Counted from the stretch's first letter, positions 7,386-15,824 are shown. The stretch: DNA of 24,000 nucleotides from an uncultured archaeon (GCA_937921685.1 CAKZUF010000007.1:17946-41945), one strand, 5' to 3'. Program-made: numbers and translations. The notes: a model not told the origin generated them from the letters alone.

Positions 7386-10300
7386 CAAGGTTCTTCTGAT
7401 TGGCTCGGGTGGGATTAAAATTGCAGAGGCCGCCGAGTTCGACTACAGTGGAAGCCAAGCTTTAAAGGCGCTCAAGGGCGAGGGAATCTCGACAATCCTC
7501 GTCAACCCTAATATAGCCACTATTCAGACTACGCACCTCCTCGCAGATAGGGTTTACCTAGTCCCAATAACTGTAGAGTATCTGGAGCAGATAATCGAGA
7601 GAGAGCAACCCGATGGGATTATGGTGGGCTTCGGTGGTCAGAGCGCCCTCAGCGCAGGTGTCCAACTCTACCGTAAAGGAGTGTTAGATAGGTATGGTGT
7701 GAAAGTCTTGGGCACACCGATCGAGGGGATTGAGGCTGCTCTGACGCGGTCAATATTCCGCGAAACGATGATTAAGGCCGGCCTGCCAGTTCCACCTTCA
7801 CAGCCAGCAAACAGTATAAGAGAGGCGATTAGGGCGGCGGATGAGGTCGGATACCCAGTAATAGTTCGAGTAAGCTTCAACCTTGGCGGTAGGGGTTCCT
7901 TTGTCGCGTATAGGAGGGAGGAGCTAGAGGCTAAGCTCACGAGGGCCTTCTCCCACAGCATCGTTGGGAATGTCCTCGTTGAGAAGTACTTGGAGAAGTG
8001 GAAGGAGATAGAATATGAGGTGATGAGGGACAGGGCGGGTAACATGGTCGCGGTAGCCTGCCTAGAGAACATAGACCCTATGGGTGTTCATACGGGTGAG
8101 TCATTGGTTGTGGCTCCTAGCCAGACATTGACGGACAGCGAATACCAGAAACTCAGATCAGCCTCCTTCGGGGTAGCATCCGCGATAAAGCTGGTAGGCG
8201 AGTGTAACGTCCAGCTTGCACTCCAACAGAAGACGGGAGAATACTACGTGATAGAGACTAACCCTCGGATGTCGAGGAGCAGCGCACTGGCGAGTAAGGC
8301 AACAGGCTATCCCCTCGCATACATAGCTGCGAAATTATGCCTCGGATACCTCCTCGACGAGCTGCTCAACATGATAACTGGGAGCACAACAGCATTCTTC
8401 GAGCCAAGCCTCGACTATATCGTTCTAAAAGCGCCTCGCTGGGACCTAGAAAAGTTCTGGCCAAGAGACGAGATCCTGGGTTCAGAGATGATGAGTATAG
8501 GGGAGGTGATGGCTATTGGCAGAAACATGGAGGAGGTCTACCAGAAGGCGTTCAGGATGCTAGACATAGGAGTTATGGGGCTGGTAGACAATGACACGTT
8601 CAACCCTGAGGACCTAGCAACAGTATTAGAACGTCTTAAACAGTTTAGACCATACTGGCTCCGGGACGTGGCTAAAGCCCTATACCTCGGCGCGACGGTT
8701 GAACAGATCTCCGATATAACTGGTGTCGACAAATTCTTCCTGAGACCGGTAGAGAGAATAGTTAACATCGCCAAACTTATTAGAAAGGCGGACTCGCTCA
8801 GCAAAAAGAGTAAGGATATCCTCTTTAAAGAGGCCTTGAAAGCTGGATTCACCGCAGAGCAGATAGCCGCCTTATCTGGGAAGAATTATGAAGATGTTAA
8901 GGAGGCATTCCGGTGGAATGGCTGGAAGCCTTGGCTAAAAAATATCGACACATTGGCAGGTGAGAAACCTGCAGTGACTAACTACTCCTACACAACGTAT
9001 TCAGGGATGACTCATGACGTCTTGAGCCAGGGCTATGATGCCCTACTCTTCGTGCTTGGCGCTGGATGTTTCAGGATAGGCGTGTCGGTGGAGTTTGACT
9101 GGGGGACCGTGAATATCTACAAGAATTTGAAAGAACTCGGCAAGAATGCGGCCATAATTAATTACAATCCCGAGACGGTCTCTACGGATTGGGACATAGT
9201 CGACTTCCTCATCAATTCCGAGCTCACCCCAGAGGCAATACAGGACATCACCTCTATACAGGGCTGCGGCGGCGTGATTATCTCATCGGCAGGGCAGATA
9301 GGGAATAATGTCGCGGAGGAGCTTGATAGGCGGGGTGTCCCCATCCTTGGGACCCAGCCCTCGTCTGTTGGACGTGCGGAGAACCGCTCGAAATTCAGCA
9401 AGCTCTTGGAGGAACTTGGCATAAAGCAGCCGCGCTGGGCAACAGTAACCGACCTGGCGAAACTGCCCGATATAGCTGAGGAAGTAGGATACCCCGTCAT
9501 CCTGCGCCCAAGCTACATCCTCAGCGGAACATCAGTCTTCATAGCCTATGACGAAGACGAGCTAAAAGAGCTCATGGGAAAACTCTCAAGGCATACCGAT
9601 AAACCCGTAGTTGTTAGCCACTTCATCGAAGACGCAGTGGAGGCTGAGGTTGACTGTGTCTCAGACGGCTCTGAGGTGCTTATGCTTCCAATGGACCACG
9701 TAGAATACGCGGGTGTCCATAGCGGTGATGCCACAATCTCCATCCCCCCCTACAGGACCGGGGAGAAAACCATAGCTAGGATAGCGGAATACACAGGCTT
9801 GATCGCGAACGCTCTCCAAGTGAAAGGGCCCTTCAACATACAGTACCTAGTCAAGGACGGCGAAGTCTATGTGATAGAGTGTAATCTGAGGTGCAGCCGC
9901 TCAATGCCCTTTAGCAGTAAAGTCTACAATATAGACCTCCTAGGCCATGGGACCAGATGCATACTTGGTGAATGCCTATCTCTTACCGACGATAGATTGG
10001 AGGAGATATCCGAAAAGGTGTTTGTCCCACTGCAGCTCGTTTGGGGAGTGAAGTCGCCGCAGTTTTCATGGGCACAGATACGAGGCTCATACCCGTTCTT
10101 AGGCCCAGAGATGAGGAGCACCGGTGAAGTAGCCGCGCTTGGACTGGAGTTCCACGAAGCCCTAATGAAGAGCTGGCTCTCCGCCACACCAAACACAATC
10201 CCCCCGAAAGATGTGCCCATACTTGTTTACCCCGACTCGACAAGAACGGCGTCGAGGCTTAAGGCGGTGGCTGAGGTCTTGAGCGAGGCTGGCTATGAGG

Positions 10301-10635
10301 TTTTAACATTGGAGGAGTCTCCCATACCTGGTGTCCCGGAGATTCGGGGCGAGACCGCGGTGAAGGCAATAAGGATGAGAAGGATAGGTATGCTGATCAG
10401 CTCAGGATACATGCCGCAGATAGACTATGATGTGAGAAGGGCGGCCGTTGACCATAACATACCAGTCATTCTTAATGCTGAGTTAGCCCTAGAGATTTCA
10501 GAGGCATTAAAGAGGCTGTCCGACGGAACACTTAAACTGTCCATAATGGAGCTGGGAGAGTTCTGGGAGATTAACCGTCAAAGAATCTCACCAGTCCTAC
10601 TTGGGCGCAAAAGGGATATGGGAGTGCTCAGATAG
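7372..10635 (+). CDS. carB: carbamoyl-phosphate synthase large subunit
   Basis: 1087-aa ORF with two ATP-grasp halves (VLLIGSGGIKIAEAAEFDYSGSQA / FVLGAGCFRIGVSVEFDW; ETNPRMSRSSALASKATGYPLA / ECNLRCSRSMPFSSKV). A C-terminal MGS-like allosteric domain is present. GTG start. Confidence 0.96.
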   Translation: MESVSKVLLIGSGGIKIAEAAEFDYSGSQALKALKGEGISTILVNPNIATIQTTHLLADRVYLVPITVEYLEQIIEREQPDGIMVGFGGQSALSAGVQLYRKGVLDRYGVKVLGTPIEGIEAALTRSIFRETMIKAGLPVPPSQPANSIREAIRAADEVGYPVIVRVSFNLGGRGSFVAYRREELEAKLTRAFSHSIVGNVLVEKYLEKWKEIEYEVMRDRAGNMVAVACLENIDPMGVHTGESLVVAPSQTLTDSEYQKLRSASFGVASAIKLVGECNVQLALQQKTGEYYVIETNPRMSRSSALASKATGYPLAYIAAKLCLGYLLDELLNMITGSTTAFFEPSLDYIVLKAPRWDLEKFWPRDEILGSEMMSIGEVMAIGRNMEEVYQKAFRMLDIGVMGLVDNDTFNPEDLATVLERLKQFRPYWLRDVAKALYLGATVEQISDITGVDKFFLRPVERIVNIAKLIRKADSLSKKSKDILFKEALKAGFTAEQIAALSGKNYEDVKEAFRWNGWKPWLKNIDTLAGEKPAVTNYSYTTYSGMTHDVLSQGYDALLFVLGAGCFRIGVSVEFDWGTVNIYKNLKELGKNAAIINYNPETVSTDWDIVDFLINSELTPEAIQDITSIQGCGGVIISSAGQIGNNVAEELDRRGVPILGTQPSSVGRAENRSKFSKLLEELGIKQPRWATVTDLAKLPDIAEEVGYPVILRPSYILSGTSVFIAYDEDELKELMGKLSRHTDKPVVVSHFIEDAVEAEVDCVSDGSEVLMLPMDHVEYAGVHSGDATISIPPYRTGEKTIARIAEYTGLIANALQVKGPFNIQYLVKDGEVYVIECNLRCSRSMPFSSKVYNIDLLGHGTRCILGECLSLTDDRLEEISEKVFVPLQLVWGVKSPQFSWAQIRGSYPFLGPEMRSTGEVAALGLEFHEALMKSWLSATPNTIPPKDVPILVYPDSTRTASRLKAVAEVLSEAGYEVLTLEESPIPGVPEIRGETAVKAIRMRRIGMLISSGYMPQIDYDVRRAAVDHNIPVILNAELALEISEALKRLSDGTLKLSIMELGEFWEINRQRISPVLLGRKRDMGVLR

Positions 10636-10644
10636 TATATATCA
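10635..10644 (+). promoter_or_regulatory. TATA-like box (GTATATATCA) for a leaderless ndk transcript
   Basis: Its centre lies about 28 nt upstream of ATG 10669, immediately after the carB stop codon. Confidence 0.4.
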
Positions 10645-10670
10645 ATCGGCTAACAGGCCGTGATTGATAT
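10639..10670. repeat. Perfect 9-bp inverted repeat ATATCAATC-N14-GATTGATAT spanning the carB-ndk junction
   Basis: Read directly: 10639..10647 pairs with 10662..10670. The loop GGCTAACAGGCCGT can add 3 more pairs (GGC/GCC). The right arm contains the first two bases of the ndk ATG, and the left arm overlaps the TATA-like box. Confidence 0.6.
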
Positions 10671-11088
10671 GGTTGAGAGGACGTTTATCATGTTGAAGCC
10701 CACTGCGGTCTCGAGGGGGCTTGTCGGCAGCATTATTTCGCGATTCGAGTCGAAGGGGCTGAGGATAGCTGCCCTAAAGCTCGTGAGGGTTAGGAGGGAG
10801 ATGGCTGAGAAGCTCTACGCAGTACATTTCGGAAAGCCGTTCTACCAATCTCTCATAGACTCCATAAGCGGTCGAGATGTCGTTGTCGCTATACTCGAGG
10901 GCAGGAGCGCCATCGAGGTTGTGAGGCTCATGATAGGAGCCACTGACCCGGTAAAGGCCAGTCCAGGAACAATCCGCGGTGATTACGGCCTAGACATAAC
11001 GAACAACATAATACACGCCTCTGACAGCCCAGACTCATACGAATATGAGCACAAGATATTCTTTTCACCGGAAGAGATCCTAGACTAG
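10669..11088 (+). CDS. ndk: nucleoside diphosphate kinase
   Basis: Track ORF starts at GTG 10660. ATG 10669 gives the canonical N-terminus MVERTFIMLKP. Motifs: GLVGSIISRFESKG, GATDP..A.PGTIRGDYG, NIIHASDS (active-site His). Confidence 0.93.
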   Translation: MVERTFIMLKPTAVSRGLVGSIISRFESKGLRIAALKLVRVRREMAEKLYAVHFGKPFYQSLIDSISGRDVVVAILEGRSAIEVVRLMIGATDPVKASPGTIRGDYGLDITNNIIHASDSPDSYEYEHKIFFSPEEILD

Positions 11089-11271
11089 CTAGGCCCGCCT
11101 CTCCTTACCGTAATAAGCCGTCCACTTTATCTTCCGCGGATCCTTTTTATGCCTTGTCATGTAGACGAAGCATCTCCTGCTGCAAAACCAGTTGAGCCCT
11201 CCATCCCTTCTCACCAGCAGTAGACCTGTGCCGTGGACAAAACTCCTCCCGCAGAAGCTGCACGTATGCAT
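11089..11271 (-). CDS. rpl24e: 50S ribosomal protein L24e
   Basis: Zinc-ribbon pattern CSFCG...GTG...VRRDG...FCSRRC, then DPRKIKWT. The track ORF extends to GTG 11295, overlapping the S28e stop. ATG 11271 (MHTCSFCG) matches the usual L24e N-terminus. Confidence 0.9.
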   Translation of the reverse strand: MHTCSFCGRSFVHGTGLLLVRRDGGLNWFCSRRCFVYMTRHKKDPRKIKWTAYYGKERRA

Positions 11272-11291
11272 GGTGGGCACGCGCGATCCCC

Positions 11292-11495
11292 TCACTTAAT
11301 CTTCTCGGCTTCCCTCTCAGTATCCATCAATATCAAGACGTCGCCTATTCTCACAGGCCCCTTCACATTCCTCGTAATTACCCTCCCCGCGTCGGGGCCC
11401 TCAAGTATCCGAACTCTAACTTGTGTAACATCACCCCTAACACCTGTCCTCCCAACAACCTGCTCCACAACCGCAGGGACTCCTGGACTACTCAT
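11292..11495 (-). CDS. rps28e: 30S ribosomal protein S28e
   Basis: 67-aa ORF: [26 protein letters not shown]...[27 protein letters not shown], a typical S28e sequence. ATG start. Confidence 0.93.
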   Translation of the reverse strand: MSSPGVPAVVEQVVGRTGVRGDVTQVRVRILEGPDAGRVITRNVKGPVRIGDVLILMDTEREAEKIK

Positions 11496-11530
11496 AGCTT
11501 CTTAGCCAGCCTCCAAGAATAGGTCAGAAA

Positions 11531-11923
11531 CTATTTAACGCTAACCTGCCGCCTAATAGTCTCAAGCTGCTTCAGAATCTCCTCAAAATACGTCTTAGCC
11601 TCCCCCACATCTATAATCGAGACCGAGCTGGCCGAGACCTCGAGGCCTGCAGCCCTGCCGAGTTCCTCCTTCCTAGGCACGTAGATGTACGGTATCTTCT
11701 TCTCCTCGCAGAGTGCCGGGAGAAATGCGACAATCTCAGGCGGGTCAACGTTTTCAGCAATGACGACCAGCTTGGCCTGCCCCCTCTCTATCGACTTGAT
11801 CACCTCGTTCACACCCTTCCTGATCTTCCCAGTCTCTCTAGCCATCTTCACTATCTCGAGTGTCGCGTTGGCCAGTTCTGGCGGTGTCTTAAACTTGACA
11901 AAGAAGCTTAGCTCGGGTGTCAT
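11531..11923 (-). CDS. rpl7ae: 50S ribosomal protein L7Ae (K-turn binding protein)
   Basis: 130-aa ORF: [58 protein letters not shown]. It is first gene of the L7Ae-S28e-L24e string. Confidence 0.95.
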   Translation of the reverse strand: MTPELSFFVKFKTPPELANATLEIVKMARETGKIRKGVNEVIKSIERGQAKLVVIAENVDPPEIVAFLPALCEEKKIPYIYVPRKEELGRAAGLEVSASSVSIIDVGEAKTYFEEILKQLETIRRQVSVK

Positions 11924-11957
11924 TGCTAAGCACCGGTGAACTTATCAGTCTGGCGCA

Positions 11958-11970
11958 TGATATATATTTG
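11958..11970 (-). promoter_or_regulatory. TATA-like box for the rpl7ae-rps28e-rpl24e operon
   Basis: The minus strand reads CAAATATATATCA. Its centre lies about 41 nt upstream of ATG 11923. Confidence 0.45.
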
Positions 11971-11994
11971 TTTCCTGCGGACCTTCTCTGGGAT

Positions 11995-13434
11995 TTATAG
12001 ATATGGCGTGACGCCCCCCCTCATGAATGGCACGAAGTTTACTATGGTGAGGGCGACGTGGAGTATTCCCCTCAGATAGTTCTCTATCGAGACGCTTTCG
12101 TCTGGTGCGTGCACGTTTGACTGGTGGTCTCCGATGCCGGCGGCTACACAGGGCATACGTAAGAGGTCTGTGACTAGATACATTGGACCGGAGCCTGGTG
12201 AGGAGGGGTAGATGATTGGCTTCAGACCGTACGCCGATTCCGCGGTTCTAGCTACGAGCTCGACAAAGGGCTCACTCGGATGCGTCCTAGCGGCCGGGTA
12301 GCCCATGTCTAAAGGCTTAACAGAGACTCTGCCCCCACTCACCCTCTCTACATGTCTCTTGACGAGCTCCAACACTCTCTCAGGCCTCATCCCTGGGACA
12401 AGTCTTATGTCAACCTTAGCGAATGCTGAGCTCGGTAGTACTGTCTTTGAGCCCTGCCCGGTATAGCCCGAGTGTATGCCGCAGATGTTTATGCATGGCA
12501 TGAGGGTGAGGTCGAAGAGCAGCTCCTTAGCCGATTTATTCGATAGTAGCCCATCCTCCCCTGCGATGGCCCTGACCTCAGACTCGAAACCGCTCAGCTC
12601 TTCCAGTAATGCTACTGTATCACTGTCGGGCATTTGAACGTCGTCGTAGAATCCCTCGATCAATACGCGTCCACCCCTATCTCTCATGGAGGAGAGAAGG
12701 TGGACGAGCTCGAATGCAGGGTTCCGTACGATCGCGCCCCAAGATGAGTGGAGGTCCGACCTCTTCTCGGAGGCGTGGAGCTCAAGGTATAGTATGCCCT
12801 TGGCCCCGAGGTAGATGAGTGGTCTACCGTCCGGGCTGGTGCCCCCCATCTCCCAGAGGCAGGCATCAGCGCTGAGAATCTCTCTATGATTCTGGAAGAA
12901 TATGCTAAGATGTGGGCTTCCAATCTCTTCCTCACCCTCTATTAGAAACTTGATGTTCAGGGGCACTTCGCCGATAGTGTCTAGCAGCAGGTTTATAGCA
13001 CATAGCCTCGCGGCTAGGTTCCCCTTATTGTCGCAAGCACCCCTAGCATATACTCTTTCATTTCTGATGGTTGGCTGGAAGGGCGGTGAAGTCCATTTCT
13101 CGAGGGGGTCAGGTGGCTGGACATCGTAGTGGTTGTAAACTAGGAGTGTGCCGTGCCTCTCCTCTCTAAGCTCCCCCCAAACAACCGGGTAGCCCCCATG
13201 GTCGGTGAAAACCTCGCTTCTGAGCCCCACCTTCTCCAACACCTCGGCCACATGGCCTGCCGCCTCAGCCATCCCTTCCCCCGTGGCAGAGACGCTTGGA
13301 AAGCTCAGTAGACTTTTCAAGACCTGTAGATACTCTTCCCGCTTCTCGTTTATTCTATGCCAAAGCTCCCCCGTTATCCCACTCATCGTGGCTATGAGGT
13401 TAGTGCCCGCCGATAAGTCTTGAGGTCTGGCCAA
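11995..13434 (-). CDS. M20-family metallopeptidase (dipeptidase / deacylase-like; ArgE/DapE/CPG2 superfamily)
   Basis: 479-aa ORF with LLVYNHYDVQPPDPLEKWTSPPF, YARGACDNKGNLAARL and LIEGEEEIGS (metal ligands). The ORF start at 13434 is TTG. The first ATG is at 13386 (MSGITGELW...), so the start is ambiguous. Confidence 0.8.
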   Translation of the reverse strand: MARPQDLSAGTNLIATMSGITGELWHRINEKREEYLQVLKSLLSFPSVSATGEGMAEAAGHVAEVLEKVGLRSEVFTDHGGYPVVWGELREERHGTLLVYNHYDVQPPDPLEKWTSPPFQPTIRNERVYARGACDNKGNLAARLCAINLLLDTIGEVPLNIKFLIEGEEEIGSPHLSIFFQNHREILSADACLWEMGGTSPDGRPLIYLGAKGILYLELHASEKRSDLHSSWGAIVRNPAFELVHLLSSMRDRGGRVLIEGFYDDVQMPDSDTVALLEELSGFESEVRAIAGEDGLLSNKSAKELLFDLTLMPCINICGIHSGYTGQGSKTVLPSSAFAKVDIRLVPGMRPERVLELVKRHVERVSGGRVSVKPLDMGYPAARTHPSEPFVELVARTAESAYGLKPIIYPSSPGSGPMYLVTDLLRMPCVAAGIGDHQSNVHAPDESVSIENYLRGILHVALTIVNFVPFMRGGVTPYL

Positions 13435-13488
13435 ACTGGAGTACTCCCCAGTGGAGGGCCTGGTAATAACATATATCGGAACCTTTTA

Positions 13489-13499
13489 CTATATTTATA
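13489..13499 (+). promoter_or_regulatory. TATA-like box (CTATATTTATA) for the 118-aa ORF / ThiR-like operon
   Basis: It lies in the 80-bp divergent spacer, about 21 nt upstream of TTG 13515 and about 45 nt upstream of GTG 13539. A second AT-rich block (13464..13478) faces the M20 peptidase gene. Confidence 0.45.
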
Positions 13500-13514
13500 G
13501 CAGGGGGACCGACC

Positions 13515-13871
13515 TTGCCTAAGCTCCAGACCGGCACCGTGATAGTGGGCTATTATGCCACTAAGATTCGCCGGACACTCTTTGCACAGAACAGGGAGCT
13601 GCTGAAGACCGGCCAGCTAGAGACTAGCGAGGTCGCCAGAGCTGCGGGGGAGCTAAACCAGAAGCTCTATACAGCCCTAGTCGAGAAGCTTGTGCTCTCA
13701 AAAGGTGATATTGTGAGGATCGAGATTGAGTACGCGGTAGAGAACTCCAGGATTATTTGGAATTTTGACTCCCTGAGGGTAAGTGTCTACAGGCGGGTAG
13801 ATCCAGACACGGTTGAGGCTGCTCTAAGGGCTATACGCCAGGAGAAGCTGCAGGTAGAGGCTGATGGATGA
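13515..13871 (+). CDS. hypothetical small protein (118 aa), no family I can name with confidence
   Basis: An ORF with a TTG start (13515) or in-frame GTG (13539), preceded by a TATA-like box at 13489..13499. Its stop overlaps the ATG of the next gene (ATGA at 13868..13871), and it fills an otherwise empty interval in a tightly packed region. Helical N-half, beta-like C-half (IVRIEIEYAVENSRIIWNFDSLRVSVYRRV). Confidence 0.55.
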   Translation: MPKLQTGTVIVGYYATKIRRTLFAQNRELLKTGQLETSEVARAAGELNQKLYTALVEKLVLSKGDIVRIEIEYAVENSRIIWNFDSLRVSVYRRVDPDTVEAALRAIRQEKLQVEADG

Positions 13872-14806
13872 GGCCGCCCGAGGAGGTTCTCCTCAAGTAT
13901 ATACTCCCAAACGTTAGGGGTCTGCTGGCACACGCACTGAGGAGGCGAGGCTACAGTCAATCGAGAATATCGGCCGTGCTTGGCGTTAGCCAAGCCGCGG
14001 TCAGTGGCTACCTCTCGCGAAGCCCATCCACCTATCTTGACAGGTTAAAGAGTTTCGGAATACCCGACGATGAAATAGATGCCCTGGTTAATTCTTTGGC
14101 CAGCGCGGCGGCGGAAGGTGCTCCCCGCCTAACCCAAGTACTCCACATGGCTTGGAGAAGGCTGCTCTCGGGCGGCCATATCTGCAGGCTACATAGGCGT
14201 CTCTATCCCGAACTGGCAGACTGCGAAGTGTGTATAGGCATCGAGGTAAGGCTGCCACTTGAGAGGGAGAGAATCCTAGAGGACCTCAGGCTCGCAGCTG
14301 AGTTGGTGGAGCGCTCTCCAGAACTCCTTCCACTATACCCTGAGGTCTCGATAAATATTGCAGCAGCCTTGGACAACGCCTCCAGCCTGAATGACGTAGC
14401 CGCGTTTCCGGGCAGAATAGTTAGGATCGGTGCGCGGATGGTCCCAGTTAGCAAGCCCGCATTCGGCGCCTCTAAACACTTGGCCTCCATCCTTCTCGGC
14501 AGCATTAGAATCAACGCAGAAAAGAAGAGCATTATGAACCTGAAGATGATTAAGGGCGTTGAAGAGGTAGTAAAGAGTGCGGGCCTCATCGCAGTCAGTA
14601 CTAGCCCTAACGAAAGGGTGAGGAGTGAGGATGAGGTAGTCTTCGACGTGATCGAGGCATTAAAAAAGAATCCCGAGGCAGATGTCGTGCTTGACGAAGG
14701 GGGTTTAGGTTTAGAGCCAGCAATCTATGTTTTCGGAAAGACCCCCCTCGAAGTCGTAAACAAGGCCTGCAGCATAGCGAGACGGCTCAGAGATTCAGGG
14801 TCTTAA
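13868..14806 (+). CDS. thiR: HTH domain fused to a ThiN-type thiamine-phosphate synthase domain (ThiR-like thiamine regulator, or ThiN enzyme with a DNA-binding domain)
   Basis: 312-aa ORF. N-terminal HTH-like RGYSQSRISAVLGVSQAAVSGYLS; linker HICRLHRRLYPELADCEVC; C-terminal ThiN-like motifs EVSINIA, FPGRIVRIG, FGASKHLA, DEGGLGLEPAIYVFG. The architecture matches published archaeal ThiR regulators as I recall them. The symbol is tentative. Confidence 0.6.
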   Translation: MRPPEEVLLKYILPNVRGLLAHALRRRGYSQSRISAVLGVSQAAVSGYLSRSPSTYLDRLKSFGIPDDEIDALVNSLASAAAEGAPRLTQVLHMAWRRLLSGGHICRLHRRLYPELADCEVCIGIEVRLPLERERILEDLRLAAELVERSPELLPLYPEVSINIAAALDNASSLNDVAAFPGRIVRIGARMVPVSKPAFGASKHLASILLGSIRINAEKKSIMNLKMIKGVEEVVKSAGLIAVSTSPNERVRSEDEVVFDVIEALKKNPEADVVLDEGGLGLEPAIYVFGKTPLEVVNKACSIARRLRDSGS

Positions 14807-14824
14807 GATATGCGCCTGGATGTG

Positions 14825-15784
14825 CTACGAGGTCTGAATTCTCCGCAGTATGTTGTTGAGGGCTTCAGTCAGGGCCTCCTTCAACTTTTTGGCGGTCAGG
14901 ACACCGCTCCTCCAATCCCTAACAAATTCGCTATAGTCGACATATGTCTTATCGCCCGCCTCGAAACGGCCTAGCCAAGGGAAAACAACGCGCTCAACAA
15001 TCATGGTCAACGGATTGTTCTCCAGCTCTCGTTCAGGGCAGAATGCTTGGAAAACCTTTCTTGAGACCTCCTCCTCCCCATCGTTGAGGAATATGGCGTT
15101 ATCTAGGCTCTTAGACATTTTCGCCCCCCCATCAAGCCCTAGAATGATAGGTGTATGGATTGCCACAGGCTTCGCATAACCTAGCTTTCTCAGATACTCC
15201 CGGGCCATGACGTGGATCCTCCTCTGATCCAGACCACCCACTGCCACATTTACCCCTAGATACCCAATGTCTAAGCACTGCATGAGTGCGTAGATCTCGG
15301 ACCCGACCTTATACATGACGTCCTTCTTACTTATCGTGTCCATAGCTTTTCTAGCCTCCGAGGCGGTGACAAGCTTGGCCAAGCGCATCAACTCTTTGAC
15401 ATAGCCTTCGCTGAGCTGGTAGCCCGACCCGTAGACGAACTCAACGTATAAGTCCTCCACCCCCCGAGACTTAACCACCTTTGAGAGGAGCTCTTGGTTC
15501 TGCCTCGCAATCTCCTTCAGCTGCTCTAGCTCACCCTTGTCATTGAGCCATCCGTGAATATCCGCGAGAAGAAATTTTGTCTTATACCCTGCCTTGGCAA
15601 GCCGGATTAGCGGCTCACAAGCCACCAACGTCCCCAAGTGTAGAATGTTGCTTGGCTCGATCCCAATATAGGCCTGTACCCTGCCAGCCTGTAAGATGCT
15701 GATAAATTCTTCCAAGGTTAAGACTTCTACCGCCACACTGCTTATCGACTTGGCGATCTCCTCGGGCGTGGCTCCAGATGCCAT
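14825..15784 (-). CDS. tyrS: tyrosine--tRNA ligase (archaeal type)
   Basis: The 319-aa ORF aligns by eye along its whole length with M. jannaschii TyrRS: AYIGIEPS..LHLG, FLLADIHGWLNDKGEL, IYALMQCLDIGYLGVNVAVGGLDQRRIHVMARE, GLDGGAKMSKS. ATG start, with a TATA-like box about 30 nt upstream. Confidence 0.88.
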   Translation of the reverse strand: MASGATPEEIAKSISSVAVEVLTLEEFISILQAGRVQAYIGIEPSNILHLGTLVACEPLIRLAKAGYKTKFLLADIHGWLNDKGELEQLKEIARQNQELLSKVVKSRGVEDLYVEFVYGSGYQLSEGYVKELMRLAKLVTASEARKAMDTISKKDVMYKVGSEIYALMQCLDIGYLGVNVAVGGLDQRRIHVMAREYLRKLGYAKPVAIHTPIILGLDGGAKMSKSLDNAIFLNDGEEEVSRKVFQAFCPERELENNPLTMIVERVVFPWLGRFEAGDKTYVDYSEFVRDWRSGVLTAKKLKEALTEALNNILRRIQTS

Positions 15785-15810
15785 TCCAGCCTTAGCTCTT
15801 TTCCAGCGGC

Positions 15811-15824
15811 TATATATTCTAATA
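15811..15824. promoter_or_regulatory. TATA-like block (TATATATTCTAATA) about 30 nt upstream of the tyrS ATG; could also fire on the plus strand
   Basis: The minus strand reads AGAATATATAG with its centre about 32 nt from ATG 15784, consistent with a leaderless tyrS. Confidence 0.45.

Noticed and set aside
8486-8540. UGAUGA-like C-box strings (AGATGATGA at 8486..8494; also near 5737 and 16690), examined as possible C/D-box sRNAs because L7Ae is encoded here.
   Set aside because: There are no correctly spaced CUGA D/D' boxes or second C' box. All three lie inside coding sequence in the sense or antisense of conserved protein motifs.
10669-11088. NDK motif variants: KPTAV instead of KPDGV, and HASD instead of HGSD.
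   Set aside because: These are conservative variants around an intact active-site His. The protein is full length, so this is not evidence of altered function.
13438-13447. A perfect 10-bp palindrome GGAGTACTCC next to the M20 peptidase TTG start and upstream of the ThiR-like operon. A similar one, GGCTTAAGCC, lies at 5497..5506 and spans a stop codon.
   Set aside because: A perfect 10-bp palindrome has probability 1/1024 per position, so about 20 are expected in 24 kb by chance. There is no second copy or half-site repeat to support an operator call.
15640-15670. The TyrRS HIGH signature reads HLGT instead of HLGH (EPSNILHLGT).
   Set aside because: The HIGH motif is naturally degenerate in TyrRS (the human enzyme, for example, has a non-canonical version). 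The rest of the active-site pattern, including KMSKS, is intact, so there is no evidence of a pseudo-synthetase.
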